A stretch of 63,961 nucleotides of DNA from an uncultured Candidatus Saccharibacteria bacterium (GCA_964634445.1 CAZWJA010000005.1:1-63961); one strand, 5' to 3'; positions 38,217-47,966 are shown, counted from the stretch's first letter. Program-made: numbers and translations. Notes: a model not told the origin generated them from the sequence alone.

Positions 38217-40007
38217 TTACGCGGTGTCTCCAGCCGCCACCCTGTTTACTTCTGCCAAGGTTGTCTGCCCTGTCAGTGCTTTTAAATAGCCATCTTCCCG
38301 CATGGTGACCATACCTTCTGCCCGAGCCTGCTTTTGGATTTCCGCGCTGGTCGAGCGTTTTAAGATAAGATCCTGGATGGATTCGGATATTTCGAATACT
38401 TCGTAAAGTCCCATTCGACCCTTATACCCACCGGGTGTTTCGGGAGCATCTATGCCCTTGAATAAAGTATAAGCTTTTTCAGTCCTTAGAGGCAAATTCT
38501 CGTAACCAAAATCTTCTGCCGCCTTCTTGCGATCTGCATCAGTTGCCGGTAATATCTTGCTTAGTGTTGCTTGAATTGCTGCGGTTTCAGCTTTGTCCGA
38601 TTGATATGATTCTTTTTGCTCGCTAATTCTACGCACTAGTCGCTGACCAATTACTGTGTGCACTGTGCTGGCTATCAAGAAAGGTTCAATGCCCATATCT
38701 AGAAGACGAGGTAAAATTCCAGCTGCAGAGTTCGTGTGAAGCGTACTGAAGACTAAATGTCCTGTTAATGCAGCCTGTACGGCCAGCTGGGCTGTTTCCT
38801 TGTCTCTAATCTCTCCTACCATGACAACGTTAGGATCTTGACGAAGAATTGATCTAAGTCCTGTTGCAAATGTTAAACCGACATCGGCATTAACTTGTAT
38901 CTGGTTAATGCCTTGCATCTTGTATTCAACTGGGTCTTCCAAAGTAACAATATTAATAGAATCGTTCTTTATTTCTTGGAGAAGTGCATAAAGAGACGTA
39001 GATTTACCAGAACCCGTAGGCCCGGACGTAAGAATCATTCCGTTTGGCTCTTTTAAAGCCTTCTGGATAGTCCTTAGAGCACGGCCATGGTAGCCCATAT
39101 CAGATAGATTTAAACTAGTTCCGCTCTTATCCAATAATCGAATGACTACTTGCTCTCCCCAAACGACAGGGCTGATTGAAATACGCAGGTCAATTGCATG
39201 CTTATCAACTACGATAGCAAAACCTCCATCTTGAGGTATACGGTGCTCGTCAATTTTCAAATTGGATAAGATTTTAATCCTGGAAACCAAAGGTGCTTCA
39301 GTACTCTTTGGGAGTTTCATTATTTCTCTTAAAACTCCGTCAATCCTAGCTCTGATCCGCAGAATTTTTTCTAATGGCTCAATGTGGATATCGCTAGCTC
39401 TGTTCTTGGCTGCATATTCCATAATTGTTGATAATGCTTTACTAATCGGTGAATCTTGGACGATAGTCTTCATCTGTTCTTGAGCGGTATTTTTCGACTG
39501 GCTATCGTCTTTTTCAAATGAATCTGCGGTAGATTTTAAATCTCCAACTAAAGCATTGTCTAGACGTTCTGAATACTGCTTTAATACTCTTTTTATTCCA
39601 GCTTCACTAGCGGCATATACTTTTAAAGGTCGCCCAATTTTGTTTGCTAAAAAGTCTGCCGCCTGCACGTTGTCAGCATCCAGCATGGCTACTACTAACC
39701 TGTGCTGCATCTCGCCCAAAGGTACAGCCATGTATCGCTGAGCTATATCCTGAGGAAGCAAAGATAATACGTCACCATCTATCCTTGCATCACTTAAGTT
39801 CACATATGGAACTCTGTTAACTTTTGCCGTAATTCGCGTTAAATCTTCATCCGAAATGTGGCCATCTTCTATTAGTAAACTGAGTATCGGCGTGCCCTCA
39901 GACTCTGATTTCTTGCGAATTTCCTCAAGCTTTTCTTCTGTAATTAGCCCCTGAGCAAGTAATTCTATCTCTACCTGTTTCTGACTTGATGCAGAAAGCA
40001 CGCTCAT
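38217..40007 (-). CDS. pilB: Type IV pilus assembly ATPase PilB (GspE family)
   Basis: 596 aa. N-terminal GSPII_E_N-like region, GMILTSGPTGSGKST, IVTLEDPVEY, GHLVFSTLHT. Confidence 0.9.
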   Translation of the reverse strand: MSVLSASSQKQVEIELLAQGLITEEKLEEIRKKSESEGTPILSLLIEDGHISDEDLTRITAKVNRVPYVNLSDARIDGDVLSLLPQDIAQRYMAVPLGEMQHRLVVAMLDADNVQAADFLANKIGRPLKVYAASEAGIKRVLKQYSERLDNALVGDLKSTADSFEKDDSQSKNTAQEQMKTIVQDSPISKALSTIMEYAAKNRASDIHIEPLEKILRIRARIDGVLREIMKLPKSTEAPLVSRIKILSNLKIDEHRIPQDGGFAIVVDKHAIDLRISISPVVWGEQVVIRLLDKSGTSLNLSDMGYHGRALRTIQKALKEPNGMILTSGPTGSGKSTSLYALLQEIKNDSINIVTLEDPVEYKMQGINQIQVNADVGLTFATGLRSILRQDPNVVMVGEIRDKETAQLAVQAALTGHLVFSTLHTNSAAGILPRLLDMGIEPFLIASTVHTVIGQRLVRRISEQKESYQSDKAETAAIQATLSKILPATDADRKKAAEDFGYENLPLRTEKAYTLFKGIDAPETPGGYKGRMGLYEVFEISESIQDLILKRSTSAEIQKQARAEGMVTMREDGYLKALTGQTTLAEVNRVAAGDTA

Positions 40008-40019
40008 ACTAAATTAACC

Positions 40020-40271
40020 TTACTGTTGTTTAGTGTTAAACGGAGTTTTATTAGCATTGTCTTCAATCTGTATTCTTTTTGTAGGATTGTTTGAATCCTG
40101 GTTAAAATATTTGGAGTCAGGATTCTTAAACTCGGGTGTAATCGGTTGTACTACTTCTGCAGTCTGGTTCCTGCCAGACTTAGGGGTAATGAGAAACCTA
40201 GATATTCCTACTGAAAATAATGCGCTTATAAACCCAACAACTATTAATAGAGCTATATCTTTTTGTTTCAT
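40020..40271 (-). CDS. Small single-TM pilus-operon protein
   Basis: 83 aa with an N-terminal TM. 4-nt overlap with the upstream PilO-like gene. Confidence 0.45.
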   Translation of the reverse strand: MKQKDIALLIVVGFISALFSVGISRFLITPKSGRNQTAEVVQPITPEFKNPDSKYFNQDSNNPTKRIQIEDNANKTPFNTKQQ

Positions 40272-40942
40272 TGCACAACCTCGGTTTTAATTTCAAGCGA
40301 TTTTTCTGGTTGATAAAATGTCTTACCGTCTAATAAAAGTTTCATCTTATCATTACCACCGCTAAGAGTAAGTTTTTGAATTTGAAGAGGCCTGATAGAC
40401 TTTTCCATAGTGGTCAAAAGCTCTTGAGCCGAGCTGTAATTACCTTCTACGTCAAATTGGAAAGGCATGTCGACAGGCTTAGGGTCAGAACTGGCTTCAG
40501 CTTTAGACTGGGCCACTTCGTCGTCGGTGCCTGTTAGACCAGTAATTTTAAAACTTTTCTCAGTTAATATCTTTTCTAGACTAGCAGTAAGGGCGGGAAA
40601 ATCGTACTTACTAGGTAAAGCATCTAAGATAATTCTTGCGTTATCACCATCTTTCTCTCCCTGTCCTGTCGGATTACCCTTAAGTACGTTTTCAGATCTA
40701 CCAACAAATTCCTTGTACGATACCTCTAAGTCTTCTACTGCTTCTACATTCTTTTGAAGCTGTTTGTCTGCTTTATCTTTCCTGTCTATTACTCTAGCCT
40801 GGTAAGTTCTTTGGCTCCAAAGAGATTTAGCTGAAACTAGTGAGAACACACTAATAAACACCGCTCCGGCAATAATACCAATGGTTGTAGCCTGTGCCTT
40901 ATCGATCTGTACTCGCTTGGATGTCAAATTAATTTTTGCCAT
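40268..40942 (-). CDS. pilO: PilO-like pilus assembly protein
   Basis: 224 aa. Single TM, then a coiled-coil and an alpha/beta domain. Positioned directly after pilN. Confidence 0.55.
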   Translation of the reverse strand: MAKINLTSKRVQIDKAQATTIGIIAGAVFISVFSLVSAKSLWSQRTYQARVIDRKDKADKQLQKNVEAVEDLEVSYKEFVGRSENVLKGNPTGQGEKDGDNARIILDALPSKYDFPALTASLEKILTEKSFKITGLTGTDDEVAQSKAEASSDPKPVDMPFQFDVEGNYSSAQELLTTMEKSIRPLQIQKLTLSGGNDKMKLLLDGKTFYQPEKSLEIKTEVVQ

Positions 40943-41634
40943 TATATTTGTTTCTCCGGTAATGCTTTAAATAAGTCTTGCGGTTTTTCAATGTCCGACC
41001 TAGTAGTCGTCTGTTTTGGAACATCTAGTTTGATTTTAAGTTTACTGTCGAAAATTTCTGGATTAAAGTTAAATGAAATCGTATAAGTAGTTTCCTTTTC
41101 ATCTCTTGAAAAACTTGCCATTACTACATCGTTAAATGGCTTGTTATCGCTCAGAGTCACTATGTTATCGTCTCCAATCGTTCCGTATTTAGTAAACTTA
41201 ATCGTATCGACATATTTATTAATTGCCGCAAATGAATTAGTAGATCCCGTAACTTCCATTTTATTTTCTGCATAGTTAACATCAAGCTTGCCTATACTAA
41301 TTTCAGCGGGAGTGATTTGAGACATGAATCCTGCTAATCTAGTTGCAACCGGTTTTGCGTCATGCAGCGCTGGCAAGCTGTTCAATTGGTTTTGAATAGT
41401 TAATACTTTACCTAAATCTTTTTTATCTTCTAACTTCTTAGTATTTTCCTTAATACTGTCATTCATGGAACTTATTCTTATTTTTTGAAATACCCTAACA
41501 GAAAGGAACAGAGTTACAAAAATAGCTAAGCTAGATACGGCTACTAAAATAGAAACAACTATAACGGTACGCTTAATTCTTGCGGTCTTAATGTATTTCT
41601 GTTTTACATCTGGAAGTAGATTGAATTGAATCAT
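40942..41634 (-). CDS. pilN: PilN-like pilus assembly protein
   Basis: 230 aa. The N-terminus MIQFNLLPDVKQ followed by a TM is the PilN signature. Overlaps pilM by 4 nt. Confidence 0.7.
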   Translation of the reverse strand: MIQFNLLPDVKQKYIKTARIKRTVIVVSILVAVSSLAIFVTLFLSVRVFQKIRISSMNDSIKENTKKLEDKKDLGKVLTIQNQLNSLPALHDAKPVATRLAGFMSQITPAEISIGKLDVNYAENKMEVTGSTNSFAAINKYVDTIKFTKYGTIGDDNIVTLSDNKPFNDVVMASFSRDEKETTYTISFNFNPEIFDSKLKIKLDVPKQTTTRSDIEKPQDLFKALPEKQI

Positions 41635-42671
41635 ACGTCCCTCTCCGCTAATCCTGCAGCTACGCCAAAATGGTTGGATGCTGCTAGTAACTCACTTTGT
41701 CGATCTGCTGGAAATGATACGTTTCTCCAGGCATTTCCTATTTCTACGTTCAAACCGAACTTATTAGCTACATACAAAGGGAATTCTGGAAGAGCTGATG
41801 CTCCTCCAGTCATTATTATCCTATCGATCTTTAACACCGGATATCTTGCTTGGAAAAACTTGATTGATTTATCTATTTCGGTAACCAAAATATCAATCGT
41901 TCCGATAATCGCATTGTATATCTGGCCTTCCAGCTTATCTTTGCTCAAGCCGAATTTATTAACAAACTGCTGAGCTTGTTTTTCATCTATATTTAAATAT
42001 TGTACTGCAGCCCTAATAATTGCTTCACTTCCTGTAGGAATAGTTCGTGCAAGTCTTGGTGATCCATTAACGCTGACAACTAAGTCGGTTGCTCTGTTGC
42101 CGATGTCTATAACCATTTGCGGAACGGACGTACCAAATGGAATGACTGCACGAGACAGCGCCATATGGTCGGGCTCGAATGAAATAACGTTTAATCCGAT
42201 TGATTCAAGCATGTCAAGCCTTGATTCAATAAATTCATTAGATACACTAGACAAAAGTAATTCAAGCTTATTCTTGTCTTTAGGTGAATCTCCCAGAATT
42301 GCCCAGTCAATTTTCGATTCTGCTAACGGCGTAGGAATTAGTGAATCGGCTTGATACTGAATAGTCTTGCCTATTTCATCCTCGCTTAGCTTGTCTATGT
42401 CAATGACAGTAGTAAATACTCTTTGGGACGGTAATCCTACGGCAACATGCTTTGTAACTACTTTAGACTGGTCAATTAGATCCTTAATAGTCTTGGCTAG
42501 CTTCTGCTGGTCGCCTTTAGAATCGCTCACAGCGATATTATTCTCCAATGGAACATAGGCGTACTTTACTAATGCCTTGGATTTTCCAGCATTGTGAAGC
42601 TCTACCATCCTGACTGCTGTAGTACCGATATCAAGTCCGAAAAACTCTGATACGCCGCTAAGTATTCCCAT
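41631..42671 (-). CDS. pilM: PilM, actin-like ATPase of the pilus alignment complex
   Basis: 346 aa, FGLDIGTTAVRMVEL...IIMTGGASALPEF. Confidence 0.85.
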   Translation of the reverse strand: MGILSGVSEFFGLDIGTTAVRMVELHNAGKSKALVKYAYVPLENNIAVSDSKGDQQKLAKTIKDLIDQSKVVTKHVAVGLPSQRVFTTVIDIDKLSEDEIGKTIQYQADSLIPTPLAESKIDWAILGDSPKDKNKLELLLSSVSNEFIESRLDMLESIGLNVISFEPDHMALSRAVIPFGTSVPQMVIDIGNRATDLVVSVNGSPRLARTIPTGSEAIIRAAVQYLNIDEKQAQQFVNKFGLSKDKLEGQIYNAIIGTIDILVTEIDKSIKFFQARYPVLKIDRIIMTGGASALPEFPLYVANKFGLNVEIGNAWRNVSFPADRQSELLAASNHFGVAAGLAERDV

Positions 42672-42830
42672 TAGGTTAACCTCTTACCTTGGTCGAGAAT
42701 TTGATTGTATATATTTCTTTTTTTCATTTTGCCCACCTAAACCTTTATATGGTTCATAGTTACTTCAGATTATACCATAAGCGATTATAATTATGCCCTG
42801 TTTAAATTCAAAATTATTTTATTAATCTCC

Positions 42831-45119
42831 CTATAGAATTGGCGGCAGGACCGTATTGAAATAATTTCCGTTCAAATCATTTGGATCAGGATCGCCAATT
42901 GGCAAGCTTAAGTAAATTTCAGGGTTGAAGTTGAATACTTCGCCTGCACATACTGGCGCAGATCCATTAAGCGCTCCATTGCAAGCTCTGGCACCGTCAG
43001 AAGGATCCTCGCCGTTAGTAGCATTTCGGATAGATCCAAACGTCCTTAAGAGCTGGACGTGACGGGCTACAAACGAGCCGTTTACAACTAACTGTATCTT
43101 ACATGCATCAAATAAGTTCGCTTCATTACCGGCATAGACATTAGTGCCATTTGTACATGTATATATAACACCTCCGTTAGGCTGGGCAGCACTTGGCTGC
43201 GCGACATATACTCCGTCAAGATTTGGTACAGATTGGTCAATTTTAATATTCCTTGCAACGATTACCAAGCTAGGAATATCAGTACGACTGTTTCTTCTAT
43301 TACCCGGAGTGTCAGGTTCAAAGTTAATCGGCCCAGTAATTGTCAGAGTGCCGTTTACGAAAATCCTAACATGCCTGGCTTTCCTGACCATTCCACCAGT
43401 TATAGTCAAGTCGCCATTATGAATATAGTCGCCGGAAGCCGCATTTAATGACATAGGGTTGCTAGGTACAGGATCGCTCACGTCTGCTGAATCTGCAAAA
43501 TAGTCGTGAATACATTTCGAATTAGTAAATTGACCTAGTGGAGCTGTCTGATTAGAGAATGTCAGGCCGTTGCCGAATCTTGGTAAAGGTAAGGCTGCAC
43601 CTCTAGTCTTTAAACTTGCTGAGTTAAACTTGCTGATTTGTCCGAGCGCAAATGCCGCAAACTGTACTCCGCTACCGAATCCAGATGCATCGCTTGTATA
43701 CGTATCAATATTCCCAAGCTGGTTACAAGGAGAGGCTCCCGTGCGAAATCCACCTCCAGCTGAAATATCAGAACCGAAAACAGAGACGTATGGTTTATTC
43801 GCTACCGTAACGCATCTATTTGCAGTTGCATTTCCAGAACCGGTAACTATATTTCCCGATCCGTCCAAAGTTCCGCTTTGTGGTGTTGCCGTAATTACAA
43901 GACAAACAGTATCTCCTGCACTGAGTGGAGGAAAACTGAGTGAATCATTATAGTTCTCATTAGTATTTAATCTACCGCTGTAAGGAAACGAGTTTGTAGT
44001 GTTAGATCCTGACTTCGTAACGGTAATAGTCCTTGTAACATTAGGCGTAATACCGCCCCCGGGATTTATCCCTGTATACCCTCCACCGGTAGGATATGTA
44101 ATTCCAAGTGTAGATGCAGCATTTACACCAGTGGGGTTATCGTCACCCCCTGTGAGTGCTAAATTATTAATTCCTACACCCACCGTATATCTGTTACATG
44201 CCGAATCCCTTACCCATTGATGAGACTTATATGCATTAGAAGATTGTCCAGGACCAGCAATTCCATAAACATCCAATGTAGTACCTGGAGCAACAACTCC
44301 ATTTAGGTTTATGAATCCTGATTGTGCACTTCCAGTTCCACCAATAGGTGTGGGTCCAGGACCATATACATCTACTCTTGCCCCACTAGTACTTACGTTA
44401 ATACCATCACAACCTACATTATTAACAGTAAGCGTAGGTGCGTTTGGCGTAACATTAACCCAAAATGAAGCTGTTAGATTTACTGTGCTGCATGGTCCAA
44501 AATCTAATAGATTGACTGGATCTCTAGTACCACCACTTACGCATCCAAAACTGCCTGGAAACTGGTTAATCCTTTTGGCTGCAATGGTAAAAGTGTATGC
44601 ACCGCTCGTAGTAAAACCGCCCAAAGGTGCATAGTTAAAATCAACAAATCCACCTAAAGGACTAGCTCCTCTATAAGTACCGGGAACATTAGAATCTCCA
44701 GGCCCAGCACCTGAGGTATAATTTAAGCTCATGCCAGGAGGTAATCCGTTTACTCCAGGAGGAATAGTAGAAAATTGCAATGCCGTTTGCGAAACGGCAC
44801 TATTTGTAAAGCATACTGTTCCTGACCAGTTGAACCTTAATGGAACGCTAGTTGTACCATATGGCACAGTCTGAGCTGCTGGCACATCAACATTCGATGC
44901 TCCTGAATTAGAAAACCAGTAATTAAACTTTGGTGACTGACTACCGGCGTCACAGTTCTGGGCATCCCAATGAATTGAAAATGGTATGAAATTACCTACA
45001 TCCGGTGTTAAATTTAATAATGCATTTGCTTTAGGTGTGGCTATAATCTGAATAACAACGAAGGAGAATACGGTTAGTAGTGTTGATAATAAGATCCGTT
45101 TAAATTTTGTGTATTTCAT
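42831..45119 (-). CDS. Large secreted Gly/Asn/Thr/Ser-rich beta-rich protein (candidate pilus-associated adhesin)
   Basis: 762 aa with an N-terminal signal-like TM (LLSTLLTVFSFVVIQIIATPKANA). No pilin motif and no LPXTG. Many paired Cys. Encoded at the 5' end of the pilus gene block. Confidence 0.5.
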   Translation of the reverse strand: MKYTKFKRILLSTLLTVFSFVVIQIIATPKANALLNLTPDVGNFIPFSIHWDAQNCDAGSQSPKFNYWFSNSGASNVDVPAAQTVPYGTTSVPLRFNWSGTVCFTNSAVSQTALQFSTIPPGVNGLPPGMSLNYTSGAGPGDSNVPGTYRGASPLGGFVDFNYAPLGGFTTSGAYTFTIAAKRINQFPGSFGCVSGGTRDPVNLLDFGPCSTVNLTASFWVNVTPNAPTLTVNNVGCDGINVSTSGARVDVYGPGPTPIGGTGSAQSGFINLNGVVAPGTTLDVYGIAGPGQSSNAYKSHQWVRDSACNRYTVGVGINNLALTGGDDNPTGVNAASTLGITYPTGGGYTGINPGGGITPNVTRTITVTKSGSNTTNSFPYSGRLNTNENYNDSLSFPPLSAGDTVCLVITATPQSGTLDGSGNIVTGSGNATANRCVTVANKPYVSVFGSDISAGGGFRTGASPCNQLGNIDTYTSDASGFGSGVQFAAFALGQISKFNSASLKTRGAALPLPRFGNGLTFSNQTAPLGQFTNSKCIHDYFADSADVSDPVPSNPMSLNAASGDYIHNGDLTITGGMVRKARHVRIFVNGTLTITGPINFEPDTPGNRRNSRTDIPSLVIVARNIKIDQSVPNLDGVYVAQPSAAQPNGGVIYTCTNGTNVYAGNEANLFDACKIQLVVNGSFVARHVQLLRTFGSIRNATNGEDPSDGARACNGALNGSAPVCAGEVFNFNPEIYLSLPIGDPDPNDLNGNYFNTVLPPIL

Positions 45120-45130
45120 TTATATATCCA

Positions 45131-45667
45131 TTAGAAACTAATATTATTTTTTACTTTTTCAAGCTGCTCAACCCTGAATTTTAAATACTCAAGTGTTTTT
45201 ATTAATTCAGGGCTACTTTGAATAGGCTTCGCATATTTAGTATCTTTATTTGCTACCTTAACTAACTTGTCATAGTATTTACGCAAATTCTCTGCGTCAG
45301 ATGCTCGGTCAAAATAGAAAGTCATTACATATAAGCATGTAGGATCACTATCCACGTTCTTCATTGATTTCATTTTTAAGACTGTTTTTAATAAATTTGA
45401 GTTAGCGCTTGGATTCATAACATTAGCTGCTTCTGTGTAAATTGGGCTGTCGTCTTTGCCGTTACATTGCTTAGTGATATCTTTTTCATTTTTCTGCTGA
45501 ATAAATAGCACTCCACCAATTCCTAGAATACATATAATTACAAGAAGAATGAGTAGTATTTTTTTATGATTTCTAAGTTTTTTAAAAGATTTTGGCAACT
45601 TGAAATTTAAACTTTTTCGTTTTTTTACAGGATATACCGTGACTTTAGAGTCATTACCTTCGTCCAT
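45131..45667 (-). CDS. Hypothetical membrane-anchored protein
   Basis: 178 aa. Basic N-terminus, one TM (ILLILLVIICILGIGGVLFI), then a helical ectodomain. Confidence 0.5.
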   Translation of the reverse strand: MDEGNDSKVTVYPVKKRKSLNFKLPKSFKKLRNHKKILLILLVIICILGIGGVLFIQQKNEKDITKQCNGKDDSPIYTEAANVMNPSANSNLLKTVLKMKSMKNVDSDPTCLYVMTFYFDRASDAENLRKYYDKLVKVANKDTKYAKPIQSSPELIKTLEYLKFRVEQLEKVKNNISF

Positions 45668-45684
45668 TTGTCTTGATTATACTT

Positions 45685-45903
45685 ATGCTTGGACTTAATA
45701 ACAAGTCTGATTCATATATAAAATCATTTTTACTCCACCTCTGTTATACTATTACCCATGGGTTCACTTTCAATCGGTATTCACAAGACGCAACCATACC
45801 ATTCGATATAACGTTTTCGATGCCTCCACTAGATAAAAGAACTAGGGGCTACACGCCACAACAGATCAAAGAACTACAAGAAACGGTTGGTGGGCAGTGG
45901 TAA
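45685..45903 (+). CDS. Small conserved ORF embedded in repeat R1 (function unknown)
   Basis: The last 43 codons (45775-45903) align without gaps to 51516-51644. 14 codons differ, 12 of them synonymously, which indicates this frame is translated. The start is uncertain (ATG 45685 or ATG 45820). Confidence 0.45.
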   Translation: MLGLNNKSDSYIKSFLLHLCYTITHGFTFNRYSQDATIPFDITFSMPPLDKRTRGYTPQQIKELQETVGGQW

Positions 45904-46048
45904 AATGATAATATTCACCTGTCAAGTAAATTCGGTTCATCTTTTTTCTTTTTGTCAAACAGTGCAACGTCACGGAAATTTTTTTTCCAGAAATCAGGTC
46001 TAGTATTTCTACCCCACCATGCTCACCACTATATTTACACACCTAAAC
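45741..46048. repeat. Direct repeat R1 (~308 bp), left boundary of cassette 1
   Basis: Aligns with 51482-51776. It covers the mini-ORF, then TCGTTCAT-type and T-run motifs, then CTACCCCACCAYRCTCACCACTATATTTRCAC. It ends in CCTAAAC, which supplies the stop codon of the adjacent minus-strand gene. Confidence 0.85.
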
Positions 46049-46690
46049 TGTAAGCTCCATCTTTTTTTCAAGGAGCTCGGTGTCTATTAATATGCCTCGA
46101 TCCTTGAATGATACTAGCCCGTCCGCTTCCAGCCTATGTAACTCACGGCTGACTGTTTCTCTCGCAAGTCCACTCCGGGCAGCTAAAACAGACTGTCTTA
46201 TCTTTACGAAGCACTTATTATCATCTTGCTTAACACCAAAGCGATAGCTTTCTACCAATAACTCAAACGCTAGGCGGTTCGTGGCAACATTACGAGCCGT
46301 TATGACCAATCTCTTTAGTAATGCGTCAGTACCTCTGTACACTCGGCTCAATAAGTCGAAAAGCACGTCAGGATTGTTTTGTATAAACTCAACCGTCTCC
46401 TCAGCATCAGCACGCTTTAACTTAACGTCAGTAAGCGCAGCAAAAAAATAAGCGTTAGGTGTCTTATTTATTGCCCAAGACATTGGGAAAAATGCAGGCG
46501 GTCTAAATACATTGACGGTTATTTTATTGCCTTCGGGTGTAACATCATACTGCTCTACGACGCCCTCAAGCAGGAATGAGACGCCTTGAGGCTCTTGATT
46601 CGCAAACGTTAGGATTTTTCCCTTGGGGTACGATTCATTCTTGCTACTGCTGAAGTGCTTGTTCAATTTATCTAATAATTTCTCGTTCAT
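46043..46690 (-). CDS. Crp/Fnr-family transcriptional regulator
   Basis: 215 aa. N-terminal cNMP-binding-like beta-roll (ILTFANQEPQGVSFLLEGVVEQY) and a C-terminal HTH (RQSVLAARSGLARETVSRELHRLEADGLV). No Fnr-type Cys cluster. Confidence 0.8.
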   Translation of the reverse strand: MNEKLLDKLNKHFSSSKNESYPKGKILTFANQEPQGVSFLLEGVVEQYDVTPEGNKITVNVFRPPAFFPMSWAINKTPNAYFFAALTDVKLKRADAEETVEFIQNNPDVLFDLLSRVYRGTDALLKRLVITARNVATNRLAFELLVESYRFGVKQDDNKCFVKIRQSVLAARSGLARETVSRELHRLEADGLVSFKDRGILIDTELLEKKMELTV

Positions 46691-46755
46691 AACTTCAATT
46701 CTCTATACGGCATAAAAAGTTGATCACAGTCACATACTTATTCTATACGTATTGC

Positions 46756-46771
46756 TATCATGAACATGATA
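46756..46771. promoter_or_regulatory. Perfect 16-bp palindrome, candidate operator of the Crp-family regulator
   Basis: TATCATGAACATGATA (ATCAT-N4-ATGAT core, the same 5-4-5 geometry as Fnr/Crp-family sites). It lies in the divergent intergenic region between 46690 and 46823. Confidence 0.4.
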
Positions 46772-46822
46772 AATCCATAAACAAATGCAATTTATGACAA
46801 AACCTAATGAGAAATTTTATCT

Positions 46823-47314
46823 ATGAACCTCATGCTGATTAGTGGTATCGCCTGTTTTGTTATTGGTTGCCTGTTCTTCTGGGTATATCGCTTCGTTACC
46901 AATATCGTAAAGAGTGAACTAAGTGCTCAAAAGATATATTTCCCTGAACAAGGGAGTCCAGAATTTGACTCAACAGTATATCCCGATCTTCAGCAATATG
47001 CAGGTCAACTGGTCGATAACCCTAAGAAAGCTAGAGCGTATGCAGACGGCTTCATAGGACGACACTTGAAAAAGATTGCTAATGGCAAAACATATGCTGA
47101 ACTAAACGTTGCGTCAATGAAGAACCCTGATGACAAAAAGTTGCAACAGCAAAAGCAAGTATTATTTCAAGGTGAAGCTCTAAGAGGCTTATTACTCATG
47201 GGTGGTTACGGTTTTGGTACCATAGGCAGAGTAGCGGGTCTCGTATGCTACGCTACCTTTACAATAAGCTGTTTCTTCTTCCTTTTGTACATAATATTTT
47301 TAATAGAAACGTAG
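46823..47314 (+). CDS. Hypothetical membrane protein (TM at both ends)
   Basis: 163-aa ORF, first gene of the plus-strand cassette operon. Confidence 0.5.
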   Translation: MNLMLISGIACFVIGCLFFWVYRFVTNIVKSELSAQKIYFPEQGSPEFDSTVYPDLQQYAGQLVDNPKKARAYADGFIGRHLKKIANGKTYAELNVASMKNPDDKKLQQQKQVLFQGEALRGLLLMGGYGFGTIGRVAGLVCYATFTISCFFFLLYIIFLIET

Positions 47315-47321
47315 GCTTTCG

Positions 47322-47930
47322 ATGTCGCATACAAAACCACAATTAACCATTCAGAAAACATTACCTTACCTACTGATTGCGGTGGGTATTATAGGATTAA
47401 TCGCTTCATTTGTTCTGACATACGACAAGATACACGTCCTTACAGACAAAGGCTATGAACCGAGTTGCAATATAAATCCAATATTAAGTTGCGGCTCAGT
47501 GATGAAAACCGAACAAGCCAGCTTACTGGGTGTACCTAATACTGTTTTTGGGCTTATTGCCTTTAGCATGCTGCTTACTTTTGGTTTCTTATTAGCTGGC
47601 GGAGCAAAAGTCAAAAAGTGGGTTTGGATCGGTGCTCAACTAGCGGCCACTATTGGTGTGATATTTATGCACTACTTATTCTTTCAGGGCGTTTATAGGA
47701 TAAATGCAATCTGTCCTTGGTGCTCTGTCGTATGGATTATAACTATACCGACATTTTGGTATATAACGCTCTATAACTTGCGTGAACAAAATATAAATCT
47801 GCCAGCCAATATGTCTAAACTAAGCGCATTTGTTCAGAAACATCACGGAGATATACTTGTAGTGTGGTACCTTGTCCTACTTGGCATATTGTTGGAGCAT
47901 TTTTGGTATTACTGGTCAACTTTAATTTAA
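47322..47930 (+). CDS. Vitamin K epoxide reductase (VKOR) family thiol oxidoreductase
   Basis: 202 aa with 4-5 TM. Loop cysteines in CNINPILSC and the redox CxxC in AICPWCSVVW. Confidence 0.8.
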   Translation: MSHTKPQLTIQKTLPYLLIAVGIIGLIASFVLTYDKIHVLTDKGYEPSCNINPILSCGSVMKTEQASLLGVPNTVFGLIAFSMLLTFGFLLAGGAKVKKWVWIGAQLAATIGVIFMHYLFFQGVYRINAICPWCSVVWIITIPTFWYITLYNLREQNINLPANMSKLSAFVQKHHGDILVVWYLVLLGILLEHFWYYWSTLI

Positions 47931-47966
47931 TAGATAAGGGTTTCCTAATAGAGGTACAATTAGAGC

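Noticed and set aside
42671-42727. 18-codon upstream ORF (MKKRNIYNQILDQGKRLT) whose stop overlaps the pilM start (TAATG)
   Set aside because: It is too short to support from sequence alone, and pilM has its own AAGAGG Shine-Dalgarno sequence. It is noted only as something ribosome profiling could test.
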